This document shows, piece after piece, positions 27,436 through 36,281 of a stretch of DNA of 64,000 nt. The notes beneath the pieces are model-generated. The model saw only the letters and a program-made list of their open reading frames with translations, had not been told where the DNA came from and searched no databases. The position numbers were made by a program, and so were the translations under genes. The DNA comes from Terriglobales bacterium (GTDB taxonomy: Bacteria > Acidobacteriota > Terriglobia > Terriglobales > Acidobacteriaceae), in assembly GCA_025451215.1 (NCBI GenBank), contig JANWKU010000021.1:5075-69074 (forward strand), given 5' to 3'. Numbering within the stretch: position 1 is the stretch's first letter; each line of letters starts with the position of its first letter.

Positions 27436-29538
27436 ATGAGTGACAACACAATCAGCATTCTTGATGGTTCAACATTTCTGGTCGCCAGCCCGAATGGGGA
27501 TATCGACGCTGGTCCTAGTCAGGCGCAAGGTTTGTTCTACAAAGACATGCGTCACCTATCGAAGTGGAAGCTCACAATTGGAGGCATTCCGCTGGACGTA
27601 CTCTCGACCGACACAGTCGAGTATTACTATGCGCAACATTTTTGCGTACCCCCCACCGGCACTATATACAAGAATCCAACGATCTCAGTCGTTCGTCGGC
27701 GATTTGTCGGTGATGGTTTCGTTGAAGACTTGACCGTCCTCAATCATGGGACGGAAACCGAAGAAGTTGAGCTGCGTTTAGAGATCGCGTGTGACTTTGC
27801 CGATCTTTTCGAAGTCAAAGATGCTTTAAAAAAGAAAGGGGAGTTCTATGAAGCCATCCGCGAAAGGAAGCTTGTACTCGGTTATAGACGCGACAATTTT
27901 ATCCGGGAAACGCTTATTAGCTCCTCCTCGCCGATAACAGAAGCAAATGCGAACTGTGTGATCTTTCGCATAACACTCGCGCCAAAAGCGAGATGGAGCA
28001 CCAAGTTTCATGTAACACCGGTAACGGGGGAAACCGCGCATCAACCTAAGTTCGCCACAGCGGCAGGAGGTGCAATGCGCCGGGACCTAAAAGAATGGAT
28101 CGCGCAAGCACCAACCGTCACATGTCATCCCGAAGCTGTGCGCATCTACATGCGAAATCTAGTGGACATAGCCGCGCTTCGTTTTCATCCTGACACCATG
28201 TCCGAGCAATTCTTGCCCGCGGCTGGATTGCCGTGGTTCATGGCTTTGTTTGGCCGCGATAGTCTTATCACCAGTTATCAACTGCTGCCGTTTACCCCCG
28301 AATTGGCCGCCACCACTTTGCGAGCGCTGTCCAATTCACAAGGCAAGGAGGAAGTCGAACTTACGGAAGAGGAGCCCGGACGTATACTCCACGAGCTCCG
28401 TTTTGGCGAGCTTACTCATTTCCACGAGAGGCCGCAAGCTCCCTACTACGGCGCCAGTGATACTACTCCACTGTTTCTCGTCCTGTTGGATGAGTACGAA
28501 CGCTGGAGCGGAGACACGGATTTGGTGAAAGCCCTTGAAGCCAGCGCGCGAGCTGCCCTCGACTGGATCGATCATTATGGGGATCGGGACGGGGACGGGT
28601 ACATCGAGTACCAACGCAAGACCACACTGGGCCTTGATAACCAGTGCTGGAAGGATTCGTGGAATTCCATTCTTTATCACGATGGCACCCTGGCCAAAAC
28701 CCCTATTGCGGTCTGTGAAATCCAAGGTTATGCCTACGACGCCAAGGTGCGCTGTGCCCGCTTAGCTCGAGAGGTTTGGAAGGACGAAGCATGGGCCTCC
28801 AGGCTTGAGGTTCAGGCCGCAGATTTGAAACAACGCTTCAACCAAGATTTCTGGATTGCAGATCGCCAGTTTTTCGCACTGGCTCTCGATGGCGACAAGA
28901 AAAAGGTGGATAGCCTTTGCTCTAACATTGGTCACCTGCTCTGGAGCAGTATCGTTGACGATGATAAGGTTCAAGCGGTGCGAAACCATCTCATGAGTCC
29001 AAAGATGTTTTCTGGTTGGGGCATTCGCACCATGGCCGAAGGCGAAGGCGGATATAACCCGATCGAATATCACAACGGAACTGTTTGGCCGCATGACTGC
29101 AGCATCATTGCTGCTGGACTTGCGCGGTACGGTTTCCGCAAAGATGCGTCCGAGATTGTCGCTGGAATATTTGAAGCAAGTTTATTTTTCCAGTCGCGAT
29201 TACCGGAAGTCTTCGCCGGATATGAACGATCGAAGACTCACTTTCCGGTACAGTATCCGACTGCTTGCCTTCCGCAAGCGTGGGCCGCCGGAGCGCCGAT
29301 GCTGGGCATTCGCACGTTACTAGGGCTAGAACCAAAAGGCGATGTTTTGACATCCACGTCGGACCCAGTGCTGCCCTATTGGATGGGAACACTATCAGTC
29401 GAAAGCATTCCTGGTCGATGGGGAAGAGCCAATGTGATCGCGAAGGGCGACGACAGTAAAGTTCTCACCATGAAGCAGATTTTCGAGCAGGCCCTCACAA
29501 GACGTGTTGATCTCGGCGAGGAGGAACTCGCAGCGTAG
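27436..29538 (+). CDS. amylo-alpha-1,6-glucosidase / glycogen-debranching-enzyme-like protein (GDE N-domain plus GDE_C)
   Basis: 700-aa ORF with GLPWFMALFGRDSLITS, EPGRILHELRFGE, YYGASDTTPLFLVLL, GDGYIEYQR, NQCWKDSWNS, EIQGYAYDA, YHNGTVWPHD, typical of the bacterial/archaeal GDE_C family. Confidence 0.85.
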   Translation: MSDNTISILDGSTFLVASPNGDIDAGPSQAQGLFYKDMRHLSKWKLTIGGIPLDVLSTDTVEYYYAQHFCVPPTGTIYKNPTISVVRRRFVGDGFVEDLTVLNHGTETEEVELRLEIACDFADLFEVKDALKKKGEFYEAIRERKLVLGYRRDNFIRETLISSSSPITEANANCVIFRITLAPKARWSTKFHVTPVTGETAHQPKFATAAGGAMRRDLKEWIAQAPTVTCHPEAVRIYMRNLVDIAALRFHPDTMSEQFLPAAGLPWFMALFGRDSLITSYQLLPFTPELAATTLRALSNSQGKEEVELTEEEPGRILHELRFGELTHFHERPQAPYYGASDTTPLFLVLLDEYERWSGDTDLVKALEASARAALDWIDHYGDRDGDGYIEYQRKTTLGLDNQCWKDSWNSILYHDGTLAKTPIAVCEIQGYAYDAKVRCARLAREVWKDEAWASRLEVQAADLKQRFNQDFWIADRQFFALALDGDKKKVDSLCSNIGHLLWSSIVDDDKVQAVRNHLMSPKMFSGWGIRTMAEGEGGYNPIEYHNGTVWPHDCSIIAAGLARYGFRKDASEIVAGIFEASLFFQSRLPEVFAGYERSKTHFPVQYPTACLPQAWAAGAPMLGIRTLLGLEPKGDVLTSTSDPVLPYWMGTLSVESIPGRWGRANVIAKGDDSKVLTMKQIFEQALTRRVDLGEEELAA

Positions 29539-29644
29539 GCCGCGCCACTATCAACTATCCCATCAAATGCATTTTGTCACTTTCAGTTCTGTGTTCTGTA
29601 TAACTTGCAGTTGACAATCTTTCTAACACACCTATCCTATCCAC

Positions 29645-30016
29645 GTGGCGCATCCGAGTACGCCGCAGATTAAGGTTGTTTTGAAGGTTCGAGCTGTGAA
29701 AAGCACTGTTGTTTCCGCATTCGTCGGCTCGTTGCTGTTTTGCTCTCTCGGATGTGGTGTGTTTTTCATAAGCGGCGCTATTCAAACGGGAAGCACCATT
29801 CACGGTTCGGTGACAAGCGTAACGGTCAGCAGTGTCATGAATGGCACAGGAGGAACCACGCAGGTCACATTTGTGACATTTCTGCAGAATGCTGTGCCGA
29901 CGACTGTGGATTTTTGTGGGAATCAGGCTCCTCAGTTTCCGCTAAGTCGAACAGTAAATGTAAATTTTAACCCTGGTCAATTTTGCGCGGTCATCGTGAC
30001 TGTCGTTGTCTTGTAG
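29645..30016 (+). CDS. small hypothetical secreted or membrane-anchored protein
   Basis: 123-aa ORF with a GTG start. An alternative GTG at 29696 gives MKSTVVSAFVGSLLFCSLGCGVFF, a signal-like segment. The mature part is Thr/Val-rich. No family recognised. Confidence 0.4.
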   Translation: MAHPSTPQIKVVLKVRAVKSTVVSAFVGSLLFCSLGCGVFFISGAIQTGSTIHGSVTSVTVSSVMNGTGGTTQVTFVTFLQNAVPTTVDFCGNQAPQFPLSRTVNVNFNPGQFCAVIVTVVVL

Positions 30017-30161
30017 CGAGCCGCATGAAGACTCTGTGCCGTATCGCGATCCAATCTCCCATGGGACCTGTATTTTGAGGTGTAGAGGAAAAGTTGCGAC
30101 AGAAGCTATTGTTATCTTGTAGAAAATGAGAGATACATCAATTTGCGTGAATCAGAATGTC

Positions 30162-31118
30162 TCAAAATGTGATCGAACCGGAAGCTTGAAAAGAATATCC
30201 CTGGAACGTAGCCCGATTCGCAAATTCCTTAAAATACTTCACCCCGAACGCCGCCTTGCGTTTTGGAAAGGCTGAATTCACGGCAAACCCCAGGGAATTA
30301 ATCCTATAACGTTCCCTTACCTCAAGTTCGGAAATTGCCGGTCCAGTCCTCGAAGTAGTCTGCCAAGCCTCATACCCGGACAGGCCGATTTGGAGTACAA
30401 AAGCCTGAGGCACGGGCAATGCGGCCATAAGGGAATAATCAAGGTCAAGCGTTTCTCCAGGGTGGATGTGTGTGCCTTCCTGCCTGGTGTGAAATTCGTA
30501 CATCTGAAACGCAGACAGGGCCAGCGTCTTATTGGCATTTAGATAGAAGGTCTGGCCGGACGATAGTGCGTTTGTCCAGTATCCGGAGCCGACATTGTCG
30601 CTGGCTCCGGAAATGAAACTGCCGGTAGGAGCTAGAAATCCATACAGGACACGGACCGCAACGCGTTTTTTGTTCCAGCCCAGGATGAATGGTATGTAGT
30701 AAGAATCCGCAAATCCCTTGCCGTTGCTGATGTTACCGCTAACGTCGGACGTCAGGTCATTCGTGGCAATCGGGAGAGTTGCAATTGCTGAGTAATTGGC
30801 GGATCCCAGGATCGTCCATTTACTGACCCATACGAAGGAATTCAGGTCCATCAAGACAGAATTATTTCCCGTGACTGGCAAGGCGGAGCCATCATTGCTT
30901 TTTGTCTGATCACGTGAGTAATAGATTAGCTGATTGGAATAGGTAAACCCCGGTGCGGGTGTGACGCCGGAGTTAAGAGCACTCATTCCGAGCGGATACA
31001 CGCCGCGATTCTGTGCTTGCGCTCGAGAAAGAAAAAACGCAAAACATAGGACCCCAACTTTTACCCAGGACCAGATAGACAGACTGTAAATCGAAGCTCC
31101 AAGTTGATGGTCCTTCAC
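30162..31118 (-). CDS. outer-membrane channel of the 'MetA-pathway of phenol degradation'-like transporter family (second copy)
   Basis: Signal peptide (..VGVLCFAFFLSRAQA). GVYPLGMSALNSGVTPAPGFTYSNQLIYYSRD matches the family's N-terminal pattern. Aromatic C-terminus ..GSITF. The GTG start overlaps the upstream stop (GTGA). Confidence 0.7.
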   Translation of the reverse strand: MKDHQLGASIYSLSIWSWVKVGVLCFAFFLSRAQAQNRGVYPLGMSALNSGVTPAPGFTYSNQLIYYSRDQTKSNDGSALPVTGNNSVLMDLNSFVWVSKWTILGSANYSAIATLPIATNDLTSDVSGNISNGKGFADSYYIPFILGWNKKRVAVRVLYGFLAPTGSFISGASDNVGSGYWTNALSSGQTFYLNANKTLALSAFQMYEFHTRQEGTHIHPGETLDLDYSLMAALPVPQAFVLQIGLSGYEAWQTTSRTGPAISELEVRERYRINSLGFAVNSAFPKRKAAFGVKYFKEFANRATFQGYSFQASGSITF

Positions 31119-32212
31119 GCTGCACGCGTTGAACCTATACGCATCTTTGCTTCCAGCGGAGACTTCGCGAGATTCCTCCAGAAGTTTTCCAATGATTTAT
31201 CCCCTCCAAATAGCGTGGTGAAAATCGTTGAGTCGGCAAACAAAATGTCCCCAGCTCGTTCAGCGTTCGGCGGCATCCACAGAAACATATTGAACTCCCT
31301 GTTTCCTGCTTCCGTGAAAGGGTGGGGGTGCGACATGTCAACGGGCTGTCTCGCCAGAACGTGAATGACATTAATGTTGTCGTCTGTCAACGCGTAGTGT
31401 GGCAGGTGAGGATGGAAGTTGAAGCTCGTAACGCCATTCAACCATCCCTTTGGATCCAAATCGTTAAATGTAGTGAGGGGAGCGATCCGGTTCCCATTGA
31501 CCGTGGCTGGCCGCAGACCCCAGCGATTTTCGATGGGCGTGCCTAACCCCTTCATGAGAGAGCGAGTGTACTTTCCAAAACGCTGTTGGCGCGGCACCAA
31601 AGGGTCGCCATGGTGCGCGTATTCCATGTTGCGCTGTTTTAGATCCGGTGAGACGCCGACGTCGTGGTGAGGGCCAAGCACCAGGCAGGTTCCTTCCCGC
31701 GTAAGAAATTGTCGAACCGCTTCGATTTCTTCGGGGCTTGCTTCCTGTTCTGTGACTATGTGGTCGAGACCAAATACCATCAAAGTGTCAGTATCGGAGA
31801 GAATCCGTTCGTCTAGCGGCTGTCGTTGTCCTGCCTGATCGATTCTCTGATAAACCGCGACAGGATGCTCGGTAACCTCGCCTACGAGAGATTGAAACTT
31901 CAACAACGATAGGTGAAAAAGTTCCAGCGTGCCCGCGATGCCCTGAAGAAACATCCTTTCCGAATATTCCAATGACTCATAATCGGGCCAAGCCACCCTG
32001 CGCACCTCTGTCATGGTCGAGAATCGATTGTCGAGTTCGGCAACGTCTCGATTCGATTCCCATGGGTAGCTCCATGTCCAATAAACGCTGAAGCGCCTTT
32101 TGCCAGGAGTATATTTGCGTGGCACCTGGATCTGATTGTAAGTTCGTGGCGCAAGTTTTGATTTGCTCATCGCAAGTTCCTTTTTCGGAGATCTACGACT
32201 TTGTAGCGTCAT
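31115..32212 (-). CDS. hypothetical cytoplasmic protein (no family recognised)
   Basis: 365-aa ORF without a signal peptide. An alternative ATG at 32170 is preceded by AAGGAA. The segment DTLMVFGLDHIVTEQEASPEEIEAVRQFLTREGTCLVLGPHHD loosely recalls ThuA/GATase1-like folds; this is an impression only. Confidence 0.6.
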   Translation of the reverse strand: MTLQSRRSPKKELAMSKSKLAPRTYNQIQVPRKYTPGKRRFSVYWTWSYPWESNRDVAELDNRFSTMTEVRRVAWPDYESLEYSERMFLQGIAGTLELFHLSLLKFQSLVGEVTEHPVAVYQRIDQAGQRQPLDERILSDTDTLMVFGLDHIVTEQEASPEEIEAVRQFLTREGTCLVLGPHHDVGVSPDLKQRNMEYAHHGDPLVPRQQRFGKYTRSLMKGLGTPIENRWGLRPATVNGNRIAPLTTFNDLDPKGWLNGVTSFNFHPHLPHYALTDDNINVIHVLARQPVDMSHPHPFTEAGNREFNMFLWMPPNAERAGDILFADSTIFTTLFGGDKSLENFWRNLAKSPLEAKMRIGSTRAA

Positions 32213-32227
32213 TCATAGCATTAGGCG

Positions 32228-33565
32228 TTAACTTCCATTCAAAGTTGCAATGTATCGAAGGGCTTTAATACCTGGCAGAAAGAAATAAGCTCCGCCTCGC
32301 ACGGTCGTAAAGGCCGGCAAGCCTTTAATTTTTTGTCGAATGGGCCTCTTGGGTATCGTTATGTCAAATGTGCCGTCTTGAGTGCCCACAAATGGATCCC
32401 GCTCATTTTCGAGACCTTTGAAGTTGGGGTCATTGACCCACACGTTCATCGCAAATTCAAATTGGCGAATCAGGCTTGCGCATCCGATGAATGCGGCTAT
32501 GCCGCGCTCTACTCCATCTTCTGGTTTATCTTCGGGTAATGGAGGACCATAAGTTCCTCCTCGCCGAATCATCCTACGGCGCTGCATGTTTTCGTCTGTA
32601 TCGCGTAGATTCATGCGGCGAATGTGTGAGCCAACGGGACAACCATAACCATATTGGTCCGTGGTTCCGTAATTAAAATTGTTTGTGCGCTGTAGATCTG
32701 CTCCCAGTACAGGGTCGTCTTTTTGTGGCGCTAGAACGAGAGGCGCACCACTTCGCCATCGTCCCATAAGCTTGGCAGCAATCAATTCCTGTTGTTCCGG
32801 AGTTTCGCCATGCTGTCGTAGAAAGGCGCGAAATGCACCCACGTGTTCTTCCAATCTGAGATAAGCCAAATAACTTCCATTGCGTGCAAGGACCTCGGGT
32901 TGTGGCAATGCAGGCTGTAAGTCGGTTTCATCCACGTAGCCGAGAAAAAATTCCCCCGCCTTAACGGGAGGACCCGAACCCGGCGTTGGCTGTTCGCCTA
33001 TTCCTTCTATTACTGGCGCCGACAATCGGTCACGATAGCCGAAGTGCTCATGAGCATAGTTAAACGGCGGAATCGCCGCCAGATCGAGCGAAGAAAGTAC
33101 CTCTGCGCCGGGGCAGTGTGATAAATATTTTTGATGTTCGCTTGTGCATCGCTCACGTTCCGGAATATCGCGAGCAAATAACACTACGATCGCATGAAGG
33201 TCGGGGCTGGCAAGCTTTCCCACCCAGTTCTCGGGATGGTTTGCTCCAGTCGTGCCAAGTATCTCCGCGCGCGCAGCCATGCCCTGGCGGAATTCTTCGG
33301 GAAATGTCGCTAAAGACGTTTCGCTCAATCCAAGAGCGCGCAGACCGTTCCAGGTAAAAGCGACCGTGACCCATCTTGAGTCAGGGACATTGGAGCCAAC
33401 AGCATCTGCCGCGCCTACCTTTTCGAGAATACCCGAGAGCCATGCACGCGCGCCGGAGCGTTCCCGAAATGACAGAAATTCATATCGCGCCGCCAAAGCA
33501 GGTGGACGCGAAATCAGGAAATGCTGGATGTCTTCGAGTTCAAGTACAGGACTCGCGACTTGCAA
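32228..33565 (-). CDS. DyP-type (dye-decolourising) peroxidase family protein, no signal peptide
   Basis: N-terminal LELEDIQHF (DIQ motif). HFGYRDRLS sits at the position of the DyP GxxDG motif. Proximal-His region GSHIRRMNLRD. C-terminal FIGCASLIRQFEFAMNVW. Confidence 0.75.
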   Translation of the reverse strand: MQVASPVLELEDIQHFLISRPPALAARYEFLSFRERSGARAWLSGILEKVGAADAVGSNVPDSRWVTVAFTWNGLRALGLSETSLATFPEEFRQGMAARAEILGTTGANHPENWVGKLASPDLHAIVVLFARDIPERERCTSEHQKYLSHCPGAEVLSSLDLAAIPPFNYAHEHFGYRDRLSAPVIEGIGEQPTPGSGPPVKAGEFFLGYVDETDLQPALPQPEVLARNGSYLAYLRLEEHVGAFRAFLRQHGETPEQQELIAAKLMGRWRSGAPLVLAPQKDDPVLGADLQRTNNFNYGTTDQYGYGCPVGSHIRRMNLRDTDENMQRRRMIRRGGTYGPPLPEDKPEDGVERGIAAFIGCASLIRQFEFAMNVWVNDPNFKGLENERDPFVGTQDGTFDITIPKRPIRQKIKGLPAFTTVRGGAYFFLPGIKALRYIATLNGS

Positions 33566-33574
33566 ACTTTCCTC

Positions 33575-34192
33575 CTATTGCATCTGGTCAAGCATGTTCG
33601 AAAACGCGTCTTTGAGTGTCAGCGCCTTCCTGACCTCGTCCGCACTTACGTATGGATATTCCCCATATTCCAAGAAGCTCGGAAACTGGTGCTCCCGAAA
33701 GAATTTGGCGACCGCAGACACATTTGTTCTCCAGTCCTCGGGCCATCCTTCCAGGTTTGTGAAAACCGTGGTGATCCCAGTTTGGTTGAAGAGAACGATT
33801 GCGTCCTCGACGTATTTATCGAAATCAGTGTCAAAGATGCCCTGATACATGAAGTGCAGCCCTGAGCCGACATCGAACAATATCCACCGGAGGTAATGAA
33901 GCTTCAGCGGTTTGAGAACAAACGGGTCGGCTTCGACAGCTTCCTCAATCTTTTTCCCGTAGTCACGCATCGCCTGTTCCTTACCGGGTTTGACCTTTCC
34001 CACGACTGAAAATCCGTAGCAGGCGGGTGTTTGGGGAAATATGGGACCATACCGTCCAGTTTGCGGTTCGAAGTAACCCTCCCTGGGAATGGCTTTCGCC
34101 TGCGGCTTGGTCCAATCGTTCGTTTTTGGTTTTTCGACAACTTGCAGCTTTCTCGAATCTTTTTGTTGTTCCGGCGACGGTTGAGTAGCCAT
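33575..34192 (-). CDS. hypothetical cytoplasmic protein, first gene of the DyP operon
   Basis: 205-aa ORF whose stop lies 9 nt before the DyP start. The motifs LHYLRWILFD and FDTDFDKYVEDAIVLF were not assigned to any family. Confidence 0.6.
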   Translation of the reverse strand: MATQPSPEQQKDSRKLQVVEKPKTNDWTKPQAKAIPREGYFEPQTGRYGPIFPQTPACYGFSVVGKVKPGKEQAMRDYGKKIEEAVEADPFVLKPLKLHYLRWILFDVGSGLHFMYQGIFDTDFDKYVEDAIVLFNQTGITTVFTNLEGWPEDWRTNVSAVAKFFREHQFPSFLEYGEYPYVSADEVRKALTLKDAFSNMLDQMQ

Positions 34193-34381
34193 TAATTCTC
34201 CTTTTCAGTTGGGATGGATCTTCACCAGGCTTCCAGCTATCCCCACTTGCTGGGCTGCATAAAAATCTGTGTGGATCCGAACCTGAGAATAGCGCCCGTG
34301 ACATCCCAACTCACCTGTCAGTATTGACGGTCAGACGAACAAATCTAGATATGTCAGAAAAACGCAGCACGTATTTGCGCT

Positions 34382-35161
34382 TTAGTGGAGACTGTCATGA
34401 ATGTTGAACAATATCTGATCAGGTGATTCAAGACGAATAAAGCCAGCGCGTGGATACTCGAGATTGAGGATTACGTATATGGTGACAACCGTAATGAATG
34501 CGAAACCAAAAATGTGAAGCCAACTGCGGTGCTGGCCAGCGGCCATCCTGTAGCCCGCCAGCAGTGCACAAGCAAGAGACAATACGAACAGAAGCACATA
34601 GATAATGCCGGGAGGGTGAAGCCGCAACGCCATCGTACGCGTGGTCGCCATGTCAATCATGTTGTTCAGTGCGGGCAACAGCAGTATGCCCGCGTTCGGA
34701 TGAGATTTCGGGAGCGTTGTTGCAGAGACCGCCTTTTCCCAGATCTCACGCTGTAGCATCTTGGATTGTGCGATTTCCTTTCCAGCCGCGTCCATGTCCG
34801 GCAGCTTGCGGTAAGTTTCAATGCGAGATTCGACGTAGTTCCGAAATAGTTCCCGAAGTTTGGGTTGCGCTTCCGGAGAAAGCAGATCGAGGCGTAGATA
34901 TGCGACTTCAATACTGTTCACTTCCTCTGCGATCAGCATTCGCTTATCGTTGAACCGGGACGCCGCCCCTGAGAATGTGAACGCCACAACCAATCCAAAC
35001 AAGGCAAAGATCGCACCTTCAATGGTGCTCAAGTTGGTGCGCTCCCCTTCGGATTCCTTCTGCAGGCGCTTTACACCGAGCCGCCGGCCTATCTCGAGGA
35101 GGATCAGCATCCCGATAAGGAGTAGCGCAGCAAGAACGAAAGGCGGAATAGGAGGTCTCAT
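34382..35161 (-). CDS. DUF4239 (bestrophin-like) membrane protein
   Basis: EIGRRLG...STIEGAIFALFGLVVAFTFSGAASRFNDKRMLIAEEVNSIEVAYLRLDLL matches my memory of DUF4239. There are N-terminal and C-terminal TM segments. Confidence 0.65.
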   Translation of the reverse strand: MRPPIPPFVLAALLLIGMLILLEIGRRLGVKRLQKESEGERTNLSTIEGAIFALFGLVVAFTFSGAASRFNDKRMLIAEEVNSIEVAYLRLDLLSPEAQPKLRELFRNYVESRIETYRKLPDMDAAGKEIAQSKMLQREIWEKAVSATTLPKSHPNAGILLLPALNNMIDMATTRTMALRLHPPGIIYVLLFVLSLACALLAGYRMAAGQHRSWLHIFGFAFITVVTIYVILNLEYPRAGFIRLESPDQILFNIHDSLH

Positions 35162-35255
35162 GTGCAGGCTTGTTGCAGAGTAACCAGGCCATTTTCAGAT
35201 CGGCCGTTAGATCGAATTTTTCGTTTCGGTTTCGCGCACAATTTATCGCCCTACC

Positions 35256-36281
35256 TTATTGTGCCTCGTCTTGAACAGGTGTCCAGGATTTGTCAGGATT
35301 GAACCGCTCCATCTTGTTGAATTTGTCAAGCGACGCATCCCCAAAATCTTTTTGGTAAACGATGCCATCGTGACTGACGATAAAACTTTCTATCCCGGTC
35401 ACACGGTACTCGGCTGGGGTTGCCGCTAGTGCAAATCCTCCAATCATCACCCCTTTGACCACAAAATCCATTTCGCCGAGCGGAGCGGCGGGACCCTGCC
35501 CTTTCAGTATCTTAAAAAAATAACCTTTGTAAGGCTCGGCATCGCTCTTATAACCCTGTTCGATTGCGTGGGCAACGCCCTCCCCAAGAGGTCCTGCCCA
35601 GCTTCCATCAGGATTTTTCCAGGCCAGGCCATCTTGCTTGCCAGGTGTGCTTACGATTTGTTGGGCGTATTGATGGACGTCATAACCTTCGCGCTTTCGA
35701 TAGGCGTATTCCTGCTGCGCCTCGACATAGTTGTGGCAGATATCAATCGCAGCCAACTCATTAAAACCGATGCGCCGGTAGAGAATTTGCTGTTTTCCCG
35801 CCTTGCCATCAAAGAACCACTTGGCGCCGTTTTTCACGAGTGGTATGGGAAATGGCCAATTTTCGTTTCCCACAAGAAGAAACGCACGGTTCGCATTCTT
35901 GGGTTCCAGGGAAATGGTTCTTTTTTCTCGCGCCTTGGTGACAAAGTCGGCCGCGCGCTGTCGGTCCTGGGGGTACTCTCCTGTAAGGACGATGTCTTCG
36001 TTGTTTGAGCCAAAAACCTCAATGAGAGCGCCAATATCAAATCTTTCGGCCGCACCAATTAAAGCCGTTACTGCTTGTTCAGGGTCGTCGAAGCCTTTTG
36101 CCGCACTCGTGGTTGAATTCTTGTTAACCTTGGATTGCCCGCTCGCGAGAACCACCATCAAGCACAGGCACACCAAGACCAGAACGCCTTCAACCGGCCA
36201 GCAGCTCAAGAGAACGTCATTCTTGAAAATTGATCTCACGTCGAACTCCTTTTGCTTCTCTTCCTGACTTAACACCTTCAC
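35256..36281 (-). CDS. DUF2950-domain secreted protein
   Basis: YAQQIVSTPGKQDGLAWKNPDGSWAGPLG...PYKGYFFKILKGQGPAAPLGEMDFVVKGVMIGGFALAATPAEYRVTGIESFIVSHDGIVYQKDFG is the DUF2950 pattern. The GTG start overlaps the upstream stop (GTGA); an alternative GTG lies at 36239. Confidence 0.8.
   Translation of the reverse strand: MKVLSQEEKQKEFDVRSIFKNDVLLSCWPVEGVLVLVCLCLMVVLASGQSKVNKNSTTSAAKGFDDPEQAVTALIGAAERFDIGALIEVFGSNNEDIVLTGEYPQDRQRAADFVTKAREKRTISLEPKNANRAFLLVGNENWPFPIPLVKNGAKWFFDGKAGKQQILYRRIGFNELAAIDICHNYVEAQQEYAYRKREGYDVHQYAQQIVSTPGKQDGLAWKNPDGSWAGPLGEGVAHAIEQGYKSDAEPYKGYFFKILKGQGPAAPLGEMDFVVKGVMIGGFALAATPAEYRVTGIESFIVSHDGIVYQKDFGDASLDKFNKMERFNPDKSWTPVQDEAQ

Noticed and set aside
31115-33565. 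DyP peroxidase as encapsulin cargo, with the neighbouring gene as the shell
   Set aside because: The DyP C-terminus (..LRYIATLNGS) lacks the short Gly/Ser-Leu-rich targeting peptide seen in encapsulin cargo. The adjacent 365-aa protein does not resemble HK97-fold encapsulin sequences as I know them, and no other shell candidate is present.
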